DNA from: Paraspadella gotoi | Lineage: Eukaryota; Animalia; Chaetognatha | Direction: 5' to 3' | Length of the DNA stretch: 64,000 bases | Assembly (NCBI GenBank): GCA_051294375.1 | Contig: CM119263.1 | Coordinates: 19,408,304-19,472,303, forward strand | Part shown: piece after piece, positions 24,601 to 37,238 of the stretch | How the letters are laid out: every line of letters begins with the position of its first letter | How positions within the stretch are numbered: position 1 is the stretch's first letter | Program-made: the position numbers and the translations under genes | The notes under the pieces: generated by a model | What the model saw: the letters and a program-made list of their open reading frames with translations, nothing else | What the model was told of the DNA's origin: nothing | Database searches by the model: none

Positions 24601-27600
24601 TAAGCCCGCGCTCTACCTGATTTGAATAGTAAAATCAATACAGTTTCTGTCAATTGTGATCAAAAATTGAAAAAAATGAAGGCTTGACTATGCAGTTTTC
24701 ACCTAAAAAACCAGTTCATTTGATTGCTTTATTAAGCAATTAAGATTGCAAGAATTTTAATTTTGCTTTTTTTCATCATGTAGAGAAGACAATAAGGTTT
24801 CGGAAACTGGACTAATATGTATGATTTGGTCTTTTTTACTCAAGAGCAGGAGGTTTTTTCTTGGAATAGGGAAAAACGCCTGACCAGTCAATTTAAATAC
24901 CATTTTTGGCAGATAAAAATGGGAATTTCGATCGCGCTCTACCTCCATTGGCTTCCCAAGACGCCAAGCTTTCGAAATCTGCCCATATTGACATAATTTG
25001 TTTTGGCCTTGACTATGCAGTTTTGAATAGAAGTGAAATATAAAGGAATCTTGATCGGAGCTTCGATTCGAACGATGCTCATCGTCCCAGTTAAAATCAA
25101 AATCAGTAAATAAAAGACAATATAAACAAAATCTTAAAAGACAAAAATAGCGAAAACGCCATTGCGAAACGGAGAATGGTAATCGATGCAAGAAACAAAT
25201 AAATCAATACTAGAGCCTAGGTCAATTCTATCCAATACCATTCCCGTTCAATTCTATATAATAGTATCCCATTGCATCTTCATCTTTCCAGGATGGTTTG
25301 GGTCGTGTACGCGATGTTCGTTTCCTTCATCGCTCCTTCCCTTCTGCTCCTCTCTTTCTACGTTCACATTTTTCTCAAAATTTGCCAAAAGACGTTGAAT
25401 AAATCGTTGAAGAAAAAACCGCAGGTGATCGAGCGGAAAGAAGGAGATGGCGAGAAATATTGGAACTTGGGAGGGGAAACACCTTTTTTCAATCTTTTGC
25501 TTTCTTTGTTTTCCTTTCTCTCTCACACAATCTTTTTTTCTGTTTTTGTTTATTCTCTCTATCTCTTTTTCTCTCTTTCTCTCTCTCTCTCACTCTGTCT
25601 CTCTCTCTCTCTCTTTCTAGGTAGTTGCTGAGCCGCTTTCACGTTTTAACCTTCGTTTCTAGTCTAAAAATGGAATCCTCATTCCTTCTCATTTCCCCCC
25701 CCCTCACCCATTTCAGAATCGCAAAGAAAACGACGACAGCGACGTCTCCGAAAACGACGACGCCAGCGCGGAAATGACCACGCCCGAAAAAATGAGTCAA
25801 AAGATGAAAATCTCTTCACAGGTTAGATTCAAGTCGTCTTTTCTCGCCGCCGCCACCGCCATTGTATTATATTTAGCCTTTTGTTTGTTTTTTTTCTCTC
25901 CCGCCAGATGAAGCTGAACGCCAGCGACACGACGACGTTGCGGCGAGCGAGGAACAAAACTCTCGTCATGACGATCGTCATCGTCGGCGTCTTCGTTCTC
26001 CTCGGAATCCCCAACTTTGTCCTGGAAGTTCTCATGTCCTTTCAATTCAAAAAGGTCGTTTCCTCCTATCGGCTATTTAATTTAATAGCCTATTATCTCA
26101 ATCGTTGATAGTCGAGAGAAATTGTCTTCGTTATTTGGGCAGAAGACGGAAAAAAGTTTATTTTCAGTCGGATTTTATCCATGACGTCTGTAATGTTTTG
26201 TATTGGTTTTTTTTTTTCGCTAAAATCCAACAATTATAGTAAAAAGAAAAACAAAATTAACGGACAAAAACGAGGAAGCTAATCGACTTGGCGAATAAAA
26301 TGAACAAAGGAATCAATGAGACGTTGAACTGAGACTTTGAATTCCCTCCGAGTCAACGACCTCGATGAATAAAAACATTGGATGAGACGAAATCCTTAAA
26401 AATAAAAATATGAAAATTTTATTGGATATCTATTGGTTTTAACTTAGGAATTCCTATTTAAGCTTTGATGGAAGACCAAAAAAAAAACAACGCAATGTGG
26501 CAACAGCCCCACGGGTTGCCTGTTATGTCACGCTAGGTAGGGCATCTCACAATCCTTACCTGTTGGGTAAGGCGTAGTGAAAGTTACATACAAAAATTCT
26601 AAATGTTAATTATGAAAACATACCATCAGTAAACATTAATTTGTAAAAAAATTAATGTTCTTCAATTTTCGCAGTAGGCTATATTTATATATAGTACTAT
26701 CCTTATAAAATCGAAAAATTTCAAATAGGCTTTTTTAAATTTTGAGTGCAGATTTGAATTCCTCGTAAAAGTTGATAAAAGAAAATATAAATCATTTTTG
26801 AAAATTCTTTCATTAAGTGGGTCAAAAATTTAAAAAAACTATATTTAATATATTAAAAGTTAATTTTCAGCTTAAAATATAGTTTTTAATAATTTTTGAC
26901 CCACTTAATGAGGGAATTTTTCTAAAAGAGTTATATTTCTTTTTATCAACTTTTATGACAAATCCAAATCTGCAAAAAATCTTAGAAAAAACTGTTTTGA
27001 AATTTTTAACATTTATTGGATTAGTACTAGTATAAATATGGACTACTGCGTAAATTGTAAAATTTATTATAAATTTTTTTATTACATAAATGTTTATTAG
27101 TATAATGTTATTCGTTCCTCACTTTTAGAATTTTAATTAAAGTTAAATATAGAAATTTGACTACGCCTTACTGTTGGGGTTAGGGGCTTCTGGTCGTAAG
27201 GGGCGTCGACTACATGCCAACGCAGCGGGATGTCGTTTGGACAATGGACAGTGTACACTGTGTACACTGTATACTGTGTGTAGTGTGTGTAGTGTGTACA
27301 TTGTACACAGTGTACAGTGTGTCGTGTGTACATACGAGAACGCAGGTTAAGTCAGAGGTGAGGTGGTGTGAATTTACCGACACAAATTTTGAAACAATAT
27401 GACGCGGATGACCGAATAGTACGTACCTTTTAAAGTATCCACTCTCAAACCTCGATGTTTGATTTGAATTCATGAATCTCTGATTTTTGATGGATTACTC
27501 CACTGATTCTTAAAAATCCGCTTTTTTATTTCTTCCTTCCCCGATATTCCTCTCTTGACGGATGTTATCTTCATCGTCGAGAGTCCTCACCTCATTCTTA

Positions 27601-30600
27601 CCTGGCCCTCACCTCGCCCCCTTATTTTTCTTTAGGTCTGACACCAAATCTCCCCCTACCGTAAATACTAAATAGTAAATAGGACCACCTATCTCTGTTG
27701 ACCTTTTCTCGTCGGTCAACATTTCGACCCGTAACCTTGATGGAATTATTATGACTGTTTCTTGCCTTTCATAACCAGCCAAGCAGTCACCTTCATTCCA
27801 AAATAATTCCTCCACCCAACCCCTCCGACGGTATGTGGCCGTCTTATCTCACTCGAATTGATAATCACCCACCGATGTATACTTTTTGGAATCGTGAACA
27901 ATAAGCGATGACGTTGGATTTCATTTTTTAAATGTTCCTTCTGCGATCTGAGTGGAATTTTACTGTGGGGCCCACAATTTTATTACGCTATCCTTTGACC
28001 ACTGTTCTTTATTTTCATAATTAAAGTTTTAAATCTTTAATTAAATTTTAACAATAAAAACCATATTCGAAAGGAACAGAGTAAAGATTAATAATCCCAG
28101 TGGCTTGCCACCGTTGGGGCTCGTCCAATAGGAGATCCGGAATCTATTTCTGGCGGAAAAATCTTGTTACCGGGTTTGATTCATCTCTGATGATACAAAA
28201 AAAACAACAGCATCTTTCCCCATCCCTTCAGATCGACGACCGCGTGTACGCCGTCTTCGGCGCCCTCGCCGCCGCCAACTCCTCCATCAACCCTTTTATC
28301 TTTCTCATCTTCACCGCCAACATCAGGGAGGCGTGGGAGCGGGCGAAGAGGCAGCGCTCGGGGGGCAAGAGGAGCAGCGATGGAGACGACGCCAAGGGTG
28401 AGTGGAGCGGAAAGGGAACGATGGAAAAAAGGTTTAAAAAAAGGTTGCTGGAGCAGGTGGAAAGGCGGAGTAAGAGGAGGGAAAGAGGAGCTGTGTTGCA
28501 AAACAGACAGAGCCACGGTTGATCAGTGAAGGTTGGGTAAGAGGAGCAGCAATGAGGACCAACCCAATTGAATCAAGCAGAAAATGGCGCGATGTGAGAG
28601 CAGCGAGGGGATCGAAGTCAAGAGGCGAGAAGGGGAAAAAAGTAGGGCACTAACCGAAGCAAAGAAAAAGCCGAGAGATGAGTTTGTGGGAGGTCGAAGG
28701 AGAGGTGGTGTCGGGTAGAGTTTTAAAACAATATACTCGCTTACATTTTTCTGGTGTAATGGTATAATTAAGTTTGTTCTCAAAAGGTCGTAGTGATTGT
28801 GTACTATGTGTTCGTGAATACGACCCTCATAGACAAACGGCTTTGATGAGTAGAAATCCAGGGCTTTAATACAAAAAAAAATTACGTCATTCAAATGGTC
28901 TCGATAAAGAAAAGAATTTTGAAATGTTGACAGATTTAGAAAATTGGCAAATTCCCAGTCGAACTGATCCGTTGTTTCGAAATTTTGAGTTGGCCTCCGC
29001 TTTTAAGGATTTTCTCTTCACTCGTCAGACACTACCATAATTGTGCTACGAAAGGTCCGAAGTCTTTCATGTAGCACTTAAGTACATTTTTGTCATTTCT
29101 TTTAAAAAGTTGTGTTATTTTGAGAGACGTACTACGGATCGAACTATCGATTAATATTTTTTTTTTAGCTTTTCCCGAACGCAGGTGGCGGGGTGGGATT
29201 TTTTCTGTCTCCTCGAGAACAATTTCTTCGTGTTTTGAACAGAGAGGACAACATAATTCATTTCTGATTCGATTTTGACGGCTCCGAAAAACAAAAACGA
29301 AAGAACTTTAAGAACGAGAAAGAAGGAAAATCATCGCGTTCTCATTTCTTTCCTCTCGCTAATTATTTACCCTGTCAGCAAAAAAATTAATTTAAAACGA
29401 GAAATTGCTCGCAGCGTTTAATTCTTATTTTATCCATTTCCACACTTGCTCGACTTGAATCGTTAAGAAACCTTTTCCATAAATTTATCTTGAATACGGT
29501 TATCATAAATAAAAACCCACTTAACAGCCAAAAGCCATATTAAATGAATTAGAGCTGTTTAAAGATTATAACTTCTTTTTTTGTTTGAAACAGCACCATA
29601 TTCTCCGGGACAAATTATTCTAGGCGATCTTTTTTAGTTTCGTCGCCACCTTCCTTTATTAACAGGTAAAATTTCATCGCAACATTTTCAGATATCGTGG
29701 ACCTAATCAGCCGTGTCCTTTCGTTTCTGTCGGATTTTCCAGTACTTGTGTTACGTTCTTGTTCTCTATTTGTCATATTTTTTCGTTTGGCTTTTTTTCT
29801 GGAGTTATCGGATGTACGAGGACACAAGAATTCCGAATAGAATGAGTCGATATAATATTTTAAATCATGCTAGCAGAAGTAAGTCTAACTTGGTTATCAT
29901 TTGGTAGATGTTGGTTGTTACTGTTTTTTTACATGCATGCATTTTATTACTTTATTTAGAATTCTTACAAGGGATTAAATAATTAATTTTTAGGCTTAAA
30001 ATTCATGAAAAAAGTGCGATGAAAATGAAATTGATGAGATTTCATTCGGAGTTTCCATCCCTAGATATTTCTTGCGTTCACTTTTCTTGCTGTTCTTTGT
30101 TCCCTCTTCTCCGTTCTCCTTTCTTTGTTGTCAAAACTTTCGTCAATTTGCATTTGTGTTGTCTCTGTTCGTCCATCATATCTTTTCGTTGTCAAAACTA
30201 ACAAAATCAGCTTTTCCATTTTCTCTCGCCATTTATTTAACAAGATTTTTTTCCGGATCATTTATGTATTAATCTCCCGACGAAACCGTTTTTAAAACAA
30301 GTTTGAGCAAACAATGCAGGAACTACCCAGACATTAGCGGTAAGCAGCAGATCAGATAATTAACTAATTCATTTCAACTCGGACGATTCTATCGAAACTT
30401 TATTTTTAGCTCAATCACGCGCTTCTTTGCGCACACACAACAATTTAAGGAAATCGCCCCATACACTCATACAGACGGAAAGACAGACGGACGAACGGAC
30501 AGACGGACTTCGATATTCTGACATGATCAAAGTAAGTTACCGATACGATTTTGGGGTGGCACCGACGGAACGAAAAAGTAAATTATACAGCCGGATTCTT

Positions 30601-33600
30601 CTGTAAGCAGATCCGGCTAAAAAATAATTATTATCCTACAGGCGAGTAAATGTAAAACGTAAACGTAAAAAAACGATTTTTGGATCCTAAATATCCGACG
30701 GTTTTCGTTTTTGTATCAATTATCAATATGGCTCAATTTAAAACTGACTGTTTATACAAAATCAAAGCTGCTTTTTGTTGTAAAAAGATCTATTCTTCTC
30801 AATTTTTTGGAAAGTTGAGCAATAGGCACCAAATTGTTCTAGCAGTACTGCCAGCTTAACTTGTTAGTTCTGTAGTCGGGCATAACTCTTTTGTCGACGT
30901 CTTTCTCGTTTTATTCCTTTTCCCTTCCAAATTTATTTTCAGTGATTTGACTTTGATTAAAGTATTTGTTTGGTTTGATTCTACAAAATTTTCATCCCCC
31001 AGCTCTTCTGACCTCCTCATCTTATTATACATTTTTCGTCATTTTTTTGACAAAACTTCAGTTTGCGATATTAAATCGTGTCAGTTGAAAAAAAAAAGAT
31101 TTTATAGTCGCTCTTTTCTTCACATCGCTGGAATTCTTTTCAAATTTAAGGCGAATAAAACGAGGGGTTTTTTAAGAGGGAGAAAAGGCAACTTTGACCC
31201 GGGATGCAGGGCTGAAAAATGGAGATAGAACACGGCGACGGCGACGGCGACGATGACGACGACGAAGACAATGATGACAACCCTGCCTTTGGCTTTGACA
31301 GGACTAAGTCGAAGGTGAAACTAGGGATATCAGATCACTCGTAAGTTTTGTTGTTGTTGTAACAGAAGCTGCACCCTCTCGGCATCTGGTGAAGGTAAGA
31401 CCTTTGGCTCCAAAATTTACAACCGTTTCCATCGTTTTCGCCGGTTAATATTAGGCGTCGTCCACTCGTAAATTACGTTCGTCTGACCGCAACGAGGTCA
31501 TCTTAAGGTTGGAATCTAAACTGTGACGGAAAAGACGAAGGTTCGATTCCAACTCTAGAACTAACGTTGTTTTTCCTCTTTCTCCCTTTTCATTCCGGTT
31601 GACGTCATGAAAATCCTATTCTCTTTTTTTTTCCTTTTTCAATTTTTTTTCTTTGTTTTCCCCCCGTCTCTACACTTCGCTCCCTGGCCTTTTCCGGGTG
31701 CCAGTTGGGAGTTAGGAGTCGCGCTCTGAAAACCGGAAAATTGAAAAAAAAAATTCATCCCTGAGATTTCTAAGTTCGATCGTGCGGTAACGCAGGCTGG
31801 ATTAATCTTTAAAGATGAAAAAAAAGGAAGAGAACCTTAGCTATATAGGATTCGTTCGCTTTCAGGCACACCTTTGCGTTCGGTGCTTTCAATGAAAAAA
31901 ATAATCCGATAAAAATTTATGTATATTAGGTATAATATTTTATCAAAATCAAAATTATCCAATTATATAAATTATATAATTTTTTTAAATGGTATAATAA
32001 TAATTGAATAGAAAACTACTTATTTAGTTTTTATGTAAATTATTAATTATTATTTCACGCATTATTTGGTTTGATCAGCAGTTTTATTAAAAGTTCTTAG
32101 CCAAGAAAAGAGCCTCAGAAAAATATAAAACGTTATCACATCACACTTTAAGTTGAGACGGCATGATTCACACTTTATTAATTAAAAAAACAACCAAGCA
32201 CTAAAATAAAATCAATGTATAATCTTTCAAACCAGTTATATTTAGTTTAAAAAGCTTTTGAAATAAAAATTAGTAGCGCGTTAAAGTAAATAAAAAGAAA
32301 TAACAAAAAGAAACTGATACTGATAGATTTCGAACAAACTCTTATCGTTGCAACGTAACTCGACCCATTGACGTAAAATTGTTATTGATCTGTAGTAGAG
32401 ACATGAAGATAACTCGCTTCCTATGACATCGATTCAGCCTTTTTTTTTAGATTTTATTCTTTTTTTTTTATTTTCAGTTGTCGAATTCGAAATTTAATAA
32501 AACTTTTAAAAATTCTAAATATTTTTTTTTTTTCAAAGAAACTCAATGGGGTTTTCACATTTCAGTCGCTTCGTTAAAAGTTAAACTCCGAATTCGTTTT
32601 CTTCGTAACCTTTCGGTCCACCGTTAATGACGACCCTGTAAAGACCGACGTCGACAGAGATGGCGTTTTTTTCGAAGAACTCGCCGCATCCGTCGCCGCC
32701 GCTGCCGTCAAAGTGGCGCCGTAATTCATCCATCGCCGCCGACGCAGATTCGTGCTCGTCGATTTCTGCCCTCAAAGCGAACGCGACGACGCCGTGAGTC
32801 GCGCGTTTGTAAAAGCAGATGGCGCGCACGAAGTCTTTGGCACTGGTTTTCGAGAGACGAGAGTAACCAAAGGGCAGTCAAATTAAATTGCTTTCAATTA
32901 TTGATTATTGTCCTCTTTCAGAGAACAAAGTTTTCTAGTTTTGCGTTATTCCAGCAGAAATTTGACGTATACATATTAAATCTTATTATTGAATTATTTT
33001 ATTTTGAGCAGCAATATATTTTTGACAAGGATGAGTCTAAAAAAAAATTAAAGAGGTAAAAGGAACAAAAATGAGGAAAAATTTTAAAACTCACAAATAC
33101 CGAACTTTTAGGAACTATGAAAGACTAATGATTAATCAGTATTAATTGTCATAATTAACCGTAATCGTAATTAATAATCGTAATTTATTATTAATCATAC
33201 CGGTTATGGTCAGTGCTCATTATTCATTTTCTGACCTCAAGATGTCGGCTCCGGCGAGACTCTTCCAATTCGCCTCCAACTCATTCGTCGCTTTGATAGT
33301 CGCTTCGTCCTTGACGGGATTTCGTCCCGGGGGACCGGAAATGGGCGGGCCCTTGGGGATGTCCGCCTCGAAAGCGAATCTTGGTGGCGACCGACCGATA
33401 AAAAGAATATTAAAAAGAATAAAAAGAATATTAAAAAGAATAAAAAGAATATTAAAAAGAATAAAAAGAATATTAAAAAGGACTGACAATTAAAAAAATT
33501 TAAATCAATGACTCACGAAATTGCGATGAAGCGCCTCTCCTTGGGGCTAATCCACCCGGATCTATCTTGACTCGAGTCTCTCGTCAACACGGCCACCTCT

Positions 33601-35122
33601 TTGTAGCCGCCGGGGTAGAAAATACAGGGCGGACGCTGCGATGCGTCGATTTTCTTGATCACTGTTCGGAGCGGAAGACGTTTAATGTTGTAAATTAAGC
33701 AAAAATAATATTATTCTATATATATTCTAGTCGACTCGCCATTGGGGTCTTTGCCAAATCGAAAGGGCAGACAGTCAAAGTCTCTAAAAACGGCGAAATT
33801 GAAGACCTCGTAGACCGAGTGGGGATCTAAGGCCATGTGGAGGTGCGTGGACAAGTATCCCCCATCGTCTGTGGCATAGAAAAGGATAAGTGAAAATCTG
33901 TTGGCAGATGAAGTAGGAAGGTTTGAATTTTACTATATTATCCTTTTACTTTGAATATCTTGAATATCTAAAATCGTCTCGCCCTTAGAAACCCGAGCTA
34001 TTTTCAAAGACGAGTTGGTGTTAAGCAAAATAATGACACCTAAACTAAAAAAAAACGTTTCTTTCTCGTCATTCGGATCCCGAGGGATTTTTCAAGGTTG
34101 TGCGGTTTTCCTTTCCGCGGATTTTTGTTTACTTTTTATTTTCGTCCTCGAAATTTTTTTTCTGGACTTGTTTTTTCGCAGCAGCGTTTCTGCAGCGGCG
34201 TCACCGCAGCAGCCCAGCCGCAGGCCTTATACGGATTTCAGACTTCAGTCTACCTCTCAGTCTCTGTTGCGCATAGAAGTTTTACAATTCTTGAGCGATC
34301 AATCAAAATACACATGAATGGTTGAAACTTTCGAGCGAAATTTGAAAAATGAAATTTAAAAACGTGAAAGATGGCGAAAGAGAAGAAAAGAGGAGGAAAG
34401 CTTGGAAGTTATTGAGATTATCTTTCCTGTTAAAAATATCACTAATAAATTCAATCTTTACGGAAATTATTTTAAAAAATCAACAAGTAAGTTATGTTAT
34501 TTAAATATTAGTTTTAGACTTTGTATTAATCCTTTCTTTTGTTGTTTGTTGAGATTAATTAAAAACGAAATTTTCGTGGAACAACAATAAAGTTTTTTAT
34601 TAACTTTGGACATGTTTCTGATGAAGGCTTGAGTTGTAAGCCGAAACATGTCCAAAGTTAATAAAAAACTTTATTGTTGTTCCACGAAAATTTTCGTTTT
34701 TAATTAATAGTTTTAGACTATAAAAATGAAAAAAAAAACCAACAATTCGAGAGTCGACTTAGCAAAAGTTTTAATGATGCCCTTGATTAATATTAATATT
34801 AATGTTTATATACTATTCAATTTACTAACCCAAATCCCTCCCAAGTTCGAAACCACGCCCCCTTTTTTCCCGATATAACTTACCTTTATGATGGTCGGCG
34901 ATGCGTTTCCCAGCGTCCGCCCACCACTTGAGCGCGCTCTGGAAGTCGGGTTTTAACGGACGAAGGAAATAGTTGAAGACGAAGGCTCCGTTCGAAGGCG
35001 CGACCGATTCCATGGCAGACGGTGGTGGATAAAGGCAGACGGTGGTGGATAAAGTCAAGCTCTGATCGAAAATAGACAAACGGGTCACAAAAGGAAAGCC
35101 AAGGAAAATAAATGCGAAAGTG

Positions 35123-35217
<95 letters not shown>

Positions 35218-37170
35218 ATTTCGACAGTCTCTTTTTCATTGTCAAAATCGTTTTTCCCGCGCTTTTTCTTTTTTTGTCATATTTTCCTCAAGTAAAAATC
35301 GTTTGTTGTGTAGATTCCTTTGGGACTCCGGCGACTATAAAAATCCAAGGTAATGATCTTGTTAACATTGAAATGGATTTTTTTGAATATTCTGTTTTGG
35401 CGACGAATTTTCTTTCTCGTAAGGATTTGCTTATCCCTCAGAGTCTCGATTCAAAACAAGTTTAGAAAAACTCGAAATTCAACCTTCTTACGCTGTCAAC
35501 CACTAAGGTGCAGTCTGCTGAGGCTTTTGTTTTAAAAAATTCGGCCTAATGAATGTTTTGAATATAATTCAGCCGGTTCAGTCAAAGTCTAAAAAAAAAT
35601 CGAAACGGCATTTTAGCTTCTTTTGTATGAGGTAAATTTTGTTAAACTGATTCTATATTTTCTATATGAAATTAGTATACATATAATATATATACAATCA
35701 ATACAAATATTATCCATTAAATAATTAAGCTATCTTGACCTATACTTTGGACAGGCTTTTTTAGGTTGAGGACTTCATCACTCTTACAAGATACTAACAA
35801 CAATGAAGTGGTCCAATGGTTTTATAAATTGTTTCCGTATTATAAAAATATCACTCCCTTGTAATATATATATATTGATGAGAACTATTTCATATGTATA
35901 ATTGTATATATATTGTAGGTTTAAAACCGAAGTTTCTTTCTTGATTTGCAAAGAAAGATTCAATATTTATTTGTAGCTGCGGCGGCTTTGCGCGGAGATG
36001 CTGCAGGCTAACCGCCGCGAAATACCCCGGCCAAGACTGCAGCCTTTTAAGCGGATCGGCGAAAACGAGCTCACGATAAAACCTTGATTGTCTTATTGAA
36101 CCGGTGTCTAAATTAAAAGAAAACAAAAATTAAAAAAAATGGAAGTAGAAAGCTTTGTCAAACTTTAAATTTTATACCCAGATACTATCAAACGAAACTG
36201 TAACTTTTTAAAAATTCATATCTCATTAGTTATTAAAGATTAAGTTTTTGGGCTTAAATTATTCAGAAAACATGACAGTTTTTATTACTGGTATCAATCT
36301 AACAAAATAGAAGATAAAGTTGGGTCTTCTTTTTCAGGTTGAGAATAATAGCGTCGTTTTTGGTTTTAAGATTTGTCGTCACCTTTTTGAATATTAACCT
36401 CATCATTATGATGAAGCTTGGTCTAAGGATGGATGACCTTTCCATTTAAATAAGTCGAGAACAGATACTCAAGTGTTATGTTATATCTAGGTCAGCTTTT
36501 TATCATTCTAATTATCACGAGAAAGAAATGTCTCGATTAGTTCATGGGATGGGAGAGTAATAATTATACCAATGAAGATCTTTGTTTATTATTCTTCTGA
36601 AGGTTCAGTAGGACATGCCCAAATCATTTAAATAATTCTTACAATATCCAGAAGGGTTTTCTTCAAGAAAAGGCCTCAAATACTAAAGTTTATACTGTAT
36701 TGTAAACTATACCCTTTTTTTAACCTCCTGTTGCCCTAATTGTTGATAAAAACATTCCCAATAGTCACAAAAAACGTATTTCTGCATAAAAACATCCACG
36801 GTGAGACTTTTGAGTTTTGACAATTTTTCATCAAGTCAGGACGATGAGGAATTACAAATTTTCTAATTGAGTCTAAGAATCTGGATTTTTTCTTTTTTCA
36901 AGTTCAAGAAGTATTACATCATTTTCTAATTATATATGGAAAATTATGAAATATTGAGAGAGATGTTTACGAAATCAGTATTGGTCCATTAGTTTAATCG
37001 TGGCAATCGAAATAACTATTCCTTTTCCAGGAGTGAACCGTGGAACGATATCAAATCACCACAGCGCTCCCGTCAATTCCCTCAACTCTATCAACTCTAC
37101 CAAAGGCTTCAACAGTCAAAAATTCTCAAGGACGCCGTCATCGGGTAGAACGAGGACGACAATGATTTAA
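10516..37170 (+). CDS. Rhodopsin-family neuropeptide GPCR, vasopressin/GnRH/NPS-CCAP receptor superfamily (possibly achatin-receptor/GPR150-like), ~452 aa. Exons 10516-10573, 11819-11939, 12389-12516, 12700-12827, 12943-13018, 13101-13257, 25292-25424, 25717-25821, 25908-26054, 28232-28397, 37031-37170
   Basis: TM1 GVAGNAMV; TM2 INVAASDAL; ECL1 W-I-M-G..LCK; TM3 LAVDRHRAVVRPL; TM4 GWLMAVLMAFP; ECL2 Cys; TM5 FIAP..FY; TM6 RARNKTLVMTIVIV..GIPNF; TM7 ANSSINPFIF. All phases are consistent. The last exon is less certain (the alternative is read-through to a stop at 28522). Confidence 0.9.
14224..17477 (-). mobile_element. Partial second copy of the BEL/Pao element (gag region plus LTR 16416-16854) with its right flank; duplicate of 21831-25083, probably an assembly artefact
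   Basis: Near-identical to 21831-25083, including non-element flank; differences are mainly homopolymer indels; ends about 35 bp before the 25-N gap at 17513-17537. Confidence 0.8.
18961..19398 (-). repeat. 3' LTR of the BEL/Pao element
   Basis: TGTTTG...GATACA on +; adjacent PPT at 19399-19408; internal 11-bp tandem repeats (ttaaaaacaag). Confidence 0.9.
24018..24459 (-). repeat. 5' LTR of the BEL/Pao element
   Basis: Near-identical to 18961-19398; TATA-like TAATATAG on the minus strand at ~24245-24252. Confidence 0.9.
26568..27170. mobile_element. ~600 bp foldback MITE (long imperfect palindrome), PIF/Harbinger-like ends possible
   Basis: TAAGGCGTAGT at 26568 and ACTACGCCTTA ending 27170; mirrored internal blocks such as cattaagtgggtcaaaaatt / aatttttgacccacttaatg and aaaagttgataaaa / ttttatcaactttt. 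Confidence 0.75.
30470..30625 (-). mobile_element. Helentron-associated (DINE-1/HINE-like) element 5' end
   Basis: On the minus strand: T-run, subterminal hairpin AGCCGGAT..ATCCGGCT (30589-30618), TATAAT, then a (GTCC/GTCT)n microsatellite. This layout matches DINE-1-type elements. Confidence 0.55.
32581..35013 (-). CDS. Uncharacterised 269-aa protein with ABM (antibiotic biosynthesis monooxygenase)-like motifs. Exons 35013-34884, 33868-33740, 33661-33517, 33379-33236, 32842-32581
   Basis: Phases give 810 nt with no internal stop, using a GC donor at 33739. Motifs GYLSTHLHMALDPHSVYEVFNFAVF, YPGGYKEV, LEANWKSLAGAD, FYKR..FALRAE, GLYRV; C-ending codon bias like the neighbouring genes. Confidence 0.8.
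33398..33480. repeat. 21-bp minisatellite (about 4 copies) in an intron
   Basis: ataaaaagaatattaaaaaga repeated. Confidence 0.85.
34554..34708 (+). ncRNA. Minimal hammerhead ribozyme core (Penelope-like type) inside a ~65-bp-arm near-perfect hairpin
   Basis: CTGATGA(34618)-A-GGCTT-gagttgt-AAGCC-GAAAC-AT-GTC(34652); arms 34554-34618 and 34643-34708; direct repeat TAGTTTTAGACT at 34509 and 34708. Confidence 0.65.
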
Positions 37171-37232
37171 AATACTCGTAAAATATCATTATATGTTACT
37201 ATTTATTTTCCACTGTGAACGTTTATTGTACA

Positions 37233-37238
37233 AATAAA
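37233..37238 (+). promoter_or_regulatory. Polyadenylation signal of the GPCR gene
   Basis: AATAAA 62 nt after the proposed stop at 37170. Confidence 0.5.

Larger units (their letters stand above)
18053..25104. mobile_element. Outer non-autonomous DNA element with ~35 bp imperfect terminal inverted repeats
   Basis: gattctgatattaattggggatgagcatcgtt (from 18053) vs reverse complement of 25069-25104, gattttgattttaactgggacgatgagcatcgtt. Confidence 0.5.

Noticed and set aside
14224-25083. Three LTRs as a tandem LTR array
   Set aside because: The extra copy includes non-element flank and sits beside a 25-N gap; probably duplicated assembly.
27248-27335. TGTACA-rich repeats as a CRISPR-like or regulatory array
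   Set aside because: Irregular simple repeat without a repeat-spacer structure; eukaryotic context.
31219-31400. Extra GPCR exon(s) near 31.2-31.4 kb
   Set aside because: Splice-like sites exist but their phases do not fit the 28397/37031 junction.
31500-31560. tRNA gene (GGTTCGATTCC B-box)
   Set aside because: No cloverleaf or A-box could be built.
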